Assembly: GCA_010015805.1 (NCBI GenBank)
Contig: ML978128.1
Coordinates: 992,001-1,056,000 of the forward strand
Source of the DNA: Rhizodiscina lignyota
Lineage: Eukaryota
DNA length: 64,000 nt
Direction of reading: 5' to 3'
Under the pieces are notes generated by a model that searched no databases, was not told the DNA's origin, and saw nothing but the letters and a program-made list of their open reading frames with translations. The first letter of the stretch is position 1. Every line of letters begins with the position of its first letter. Below are positions 62,646 to 64,000 of the stretch, in pieces. A program made the translations under genes and the position numbers.

Positions 62646-63217
62646 CCGTGAATGTAAAACATGTTTGCATGGGCGGAGTATGGTAATTGAGCATTGTACA
62701 GTTAGGGATGGACACCCAATGCGGACACTAGGCAGAGTACGTCCAGGTGGTGCCAGAAAAACTTTCTTCTGGTATGAGTAAGGCCGATCGGACGAGAAGA
62801 CCATTTCCCTGAGATATAGCCTCAAATATGGCCATATATGATAGGATCAGATTTTAAAGTTAAATATATAGTTTTACACACAGCCGACACTGCAAGCTGG
62901 AGCTCCCAGCCATCTACTATCGTGTGAACATATTCACGAAGTGAGTATTGAACTTCATCAATATTGAATTACAATTCCACCATGTAATCCCTTATATGTG
63001 TACCCACGCTCTTTCCCGAAATACTGTATCCACACTCCAATAATATAATTGCAACACATAATTGTCTGCAACTGTGACCGTGGCCGCCGAATAGATTCCG
63101 AGGCTCGGAACAACCGGTGGACGGCAGAAGCCGCGACGTGCTGCATCGTCATAGCTTTGAGAACATAAACAGAGCTTTACTTTCCGCCATATCTCTCCAC
63201 ACATCAGGGCACCAAAT

Positions 63218-64000
63218 ATGTCAAAAACTGTTGGAAAGCAGCGCCAGGTGCGCGGTGACCTGTTGGATTTACCTGCGGAGCTGCGACTCAACATCTATGA
63301 CCTCATTCTTGGAGACGATGAAGCCGTCACCATCAGCGGCCGAGAGATTGTTGACGAAGAGGGTGATGTTGATCCAGAGGAGAGTTCGGCCTCAAATGTG
63401 TCATGGCGACGTGTTCGACGTGTTCCAATCATCAAAAATTTCTACGATGAGTCTCTGCTTGCGATAGCACCTCGAGTCCACCCTTTGCCTGCTGCCGAAA
63501 ACGTGCTAGCCCCAGGGTTGAGACGGAGATATCGGACAGCAGACGAGCTCGCAGCAGAGAATCCAACAATTGGATATAGCAAAATTCTGGCTGCATCAAC
63601 CAAATCAGAAACCAAACCTGAGGCGTCATCAAGCAGCTCGACATACATTCCAGCACATCTCGCGCTCCAACAGACGTGTAAACAGATCTACCAAGAGCTG
63701 CAACACCACATGTCATCTCGTACAGCCATCAATCCGATTCTCTACGTGACATACCCGCACGGCGTCATAGTGCTCAAGGAGCACTGCCCACATCTCTTAA
63801 AGCAGGCTCGCGCCATCAACATCTGTGGCCCGTTCCTGTATGGCAAGAGGCCTCACGAGTGCACTGGCTATTGGTGCTGTCCCGGACAAGCTTGGAAGCC
63901 GTCCCAACCACTGGGTCGTACCGAAAATCCGGCAACCCTCCTTGCGGCGACGGAGAGCCTTACCTGGCTGGTGCGATCGGTCCTATCCCCAAAGGGCCAT
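63218..64000 (+). CDS. Hypothetical protein with N-terminal F-box-like motif; 3' end outside window (absent from ORF track)
   Basis: ATG 63218 opens a frame with LLDLPAELRLNIYDLIL and later LQQTCKQIYQE, typical of fungal F-box-like proteins. No stop was seen in the part translated. Confidence 0.7.
   Translation, partial: MSKTVGKQRQVRGDLLDLPAELRLNIYDLILGDDEAVTISGREIVDEEGDVDPEESSASNVSWRRVRRVPIIKNFYDESLLAIAPRVHPLPAAENVLAPGLRRRYRTADELAAENPTIGYSKILAASTKSETKPEASSSSSTYIPAHLALQQTCKQIYQELQHHMSSRTAINPILYVTYPHGVIVLKEHCPHLLKQARAINICGPFLYGKRPHECTGYWCCPGQAWKPSQPLGRTENPATLLAATESLTWLVRSVLSPKGH

Overview
Gene-dense, intron-containing DNA from a filamentous ascomycete (Pezizomycotina; Dothideomycete-like by impression only). 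Introns are mostly short, with GT..CTRAC..YAG signals. About 27 protein-coding genes were reconstructed by hand. The conserved core genes are a nucleoside hydrolase (partial), a 2OG-Fe(II) oxygenase, VTC2/3, a metacaspase, a Pumilio/Puf protein, RPC2, a NIF/FCP1-type phosphatase, a ROG1-like lipase, BPL1, COA4, TANGO2, an HVA22/REEP protein, MGM101, GDT1, a telobox Myb protein, HOM6, a CCDC174-like protein and PER1. They are interrupted by a gene-sparse, accessory-looking block at about 26.4-38.4 kb. The most interesting observations are: (1) a compact three-gene cluster (kappa-GST/HCCA-isomerase-like, acyl/aryl-CoA ligase, atypical SDR) whose three products all end in a PTS1 peroxisomal signal and whose promoters both carry a FarA-type CCTCGG site; (2) an unannotated, highly base-paired ~300-nt minus-strand element with TATA, A-box-like, B-box and T-run signals, a candidate Pol III ncRNA; (3) an in-frame diverged copy of the RPC2 C-terminus directly after its stop codon; (4) an array of 11 PAM2-like repeats on a NIF phosphatase; (5) a telomere-like palindrome upstream of the telobox gene. 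All family assignments come from motif recognition, not database searches.
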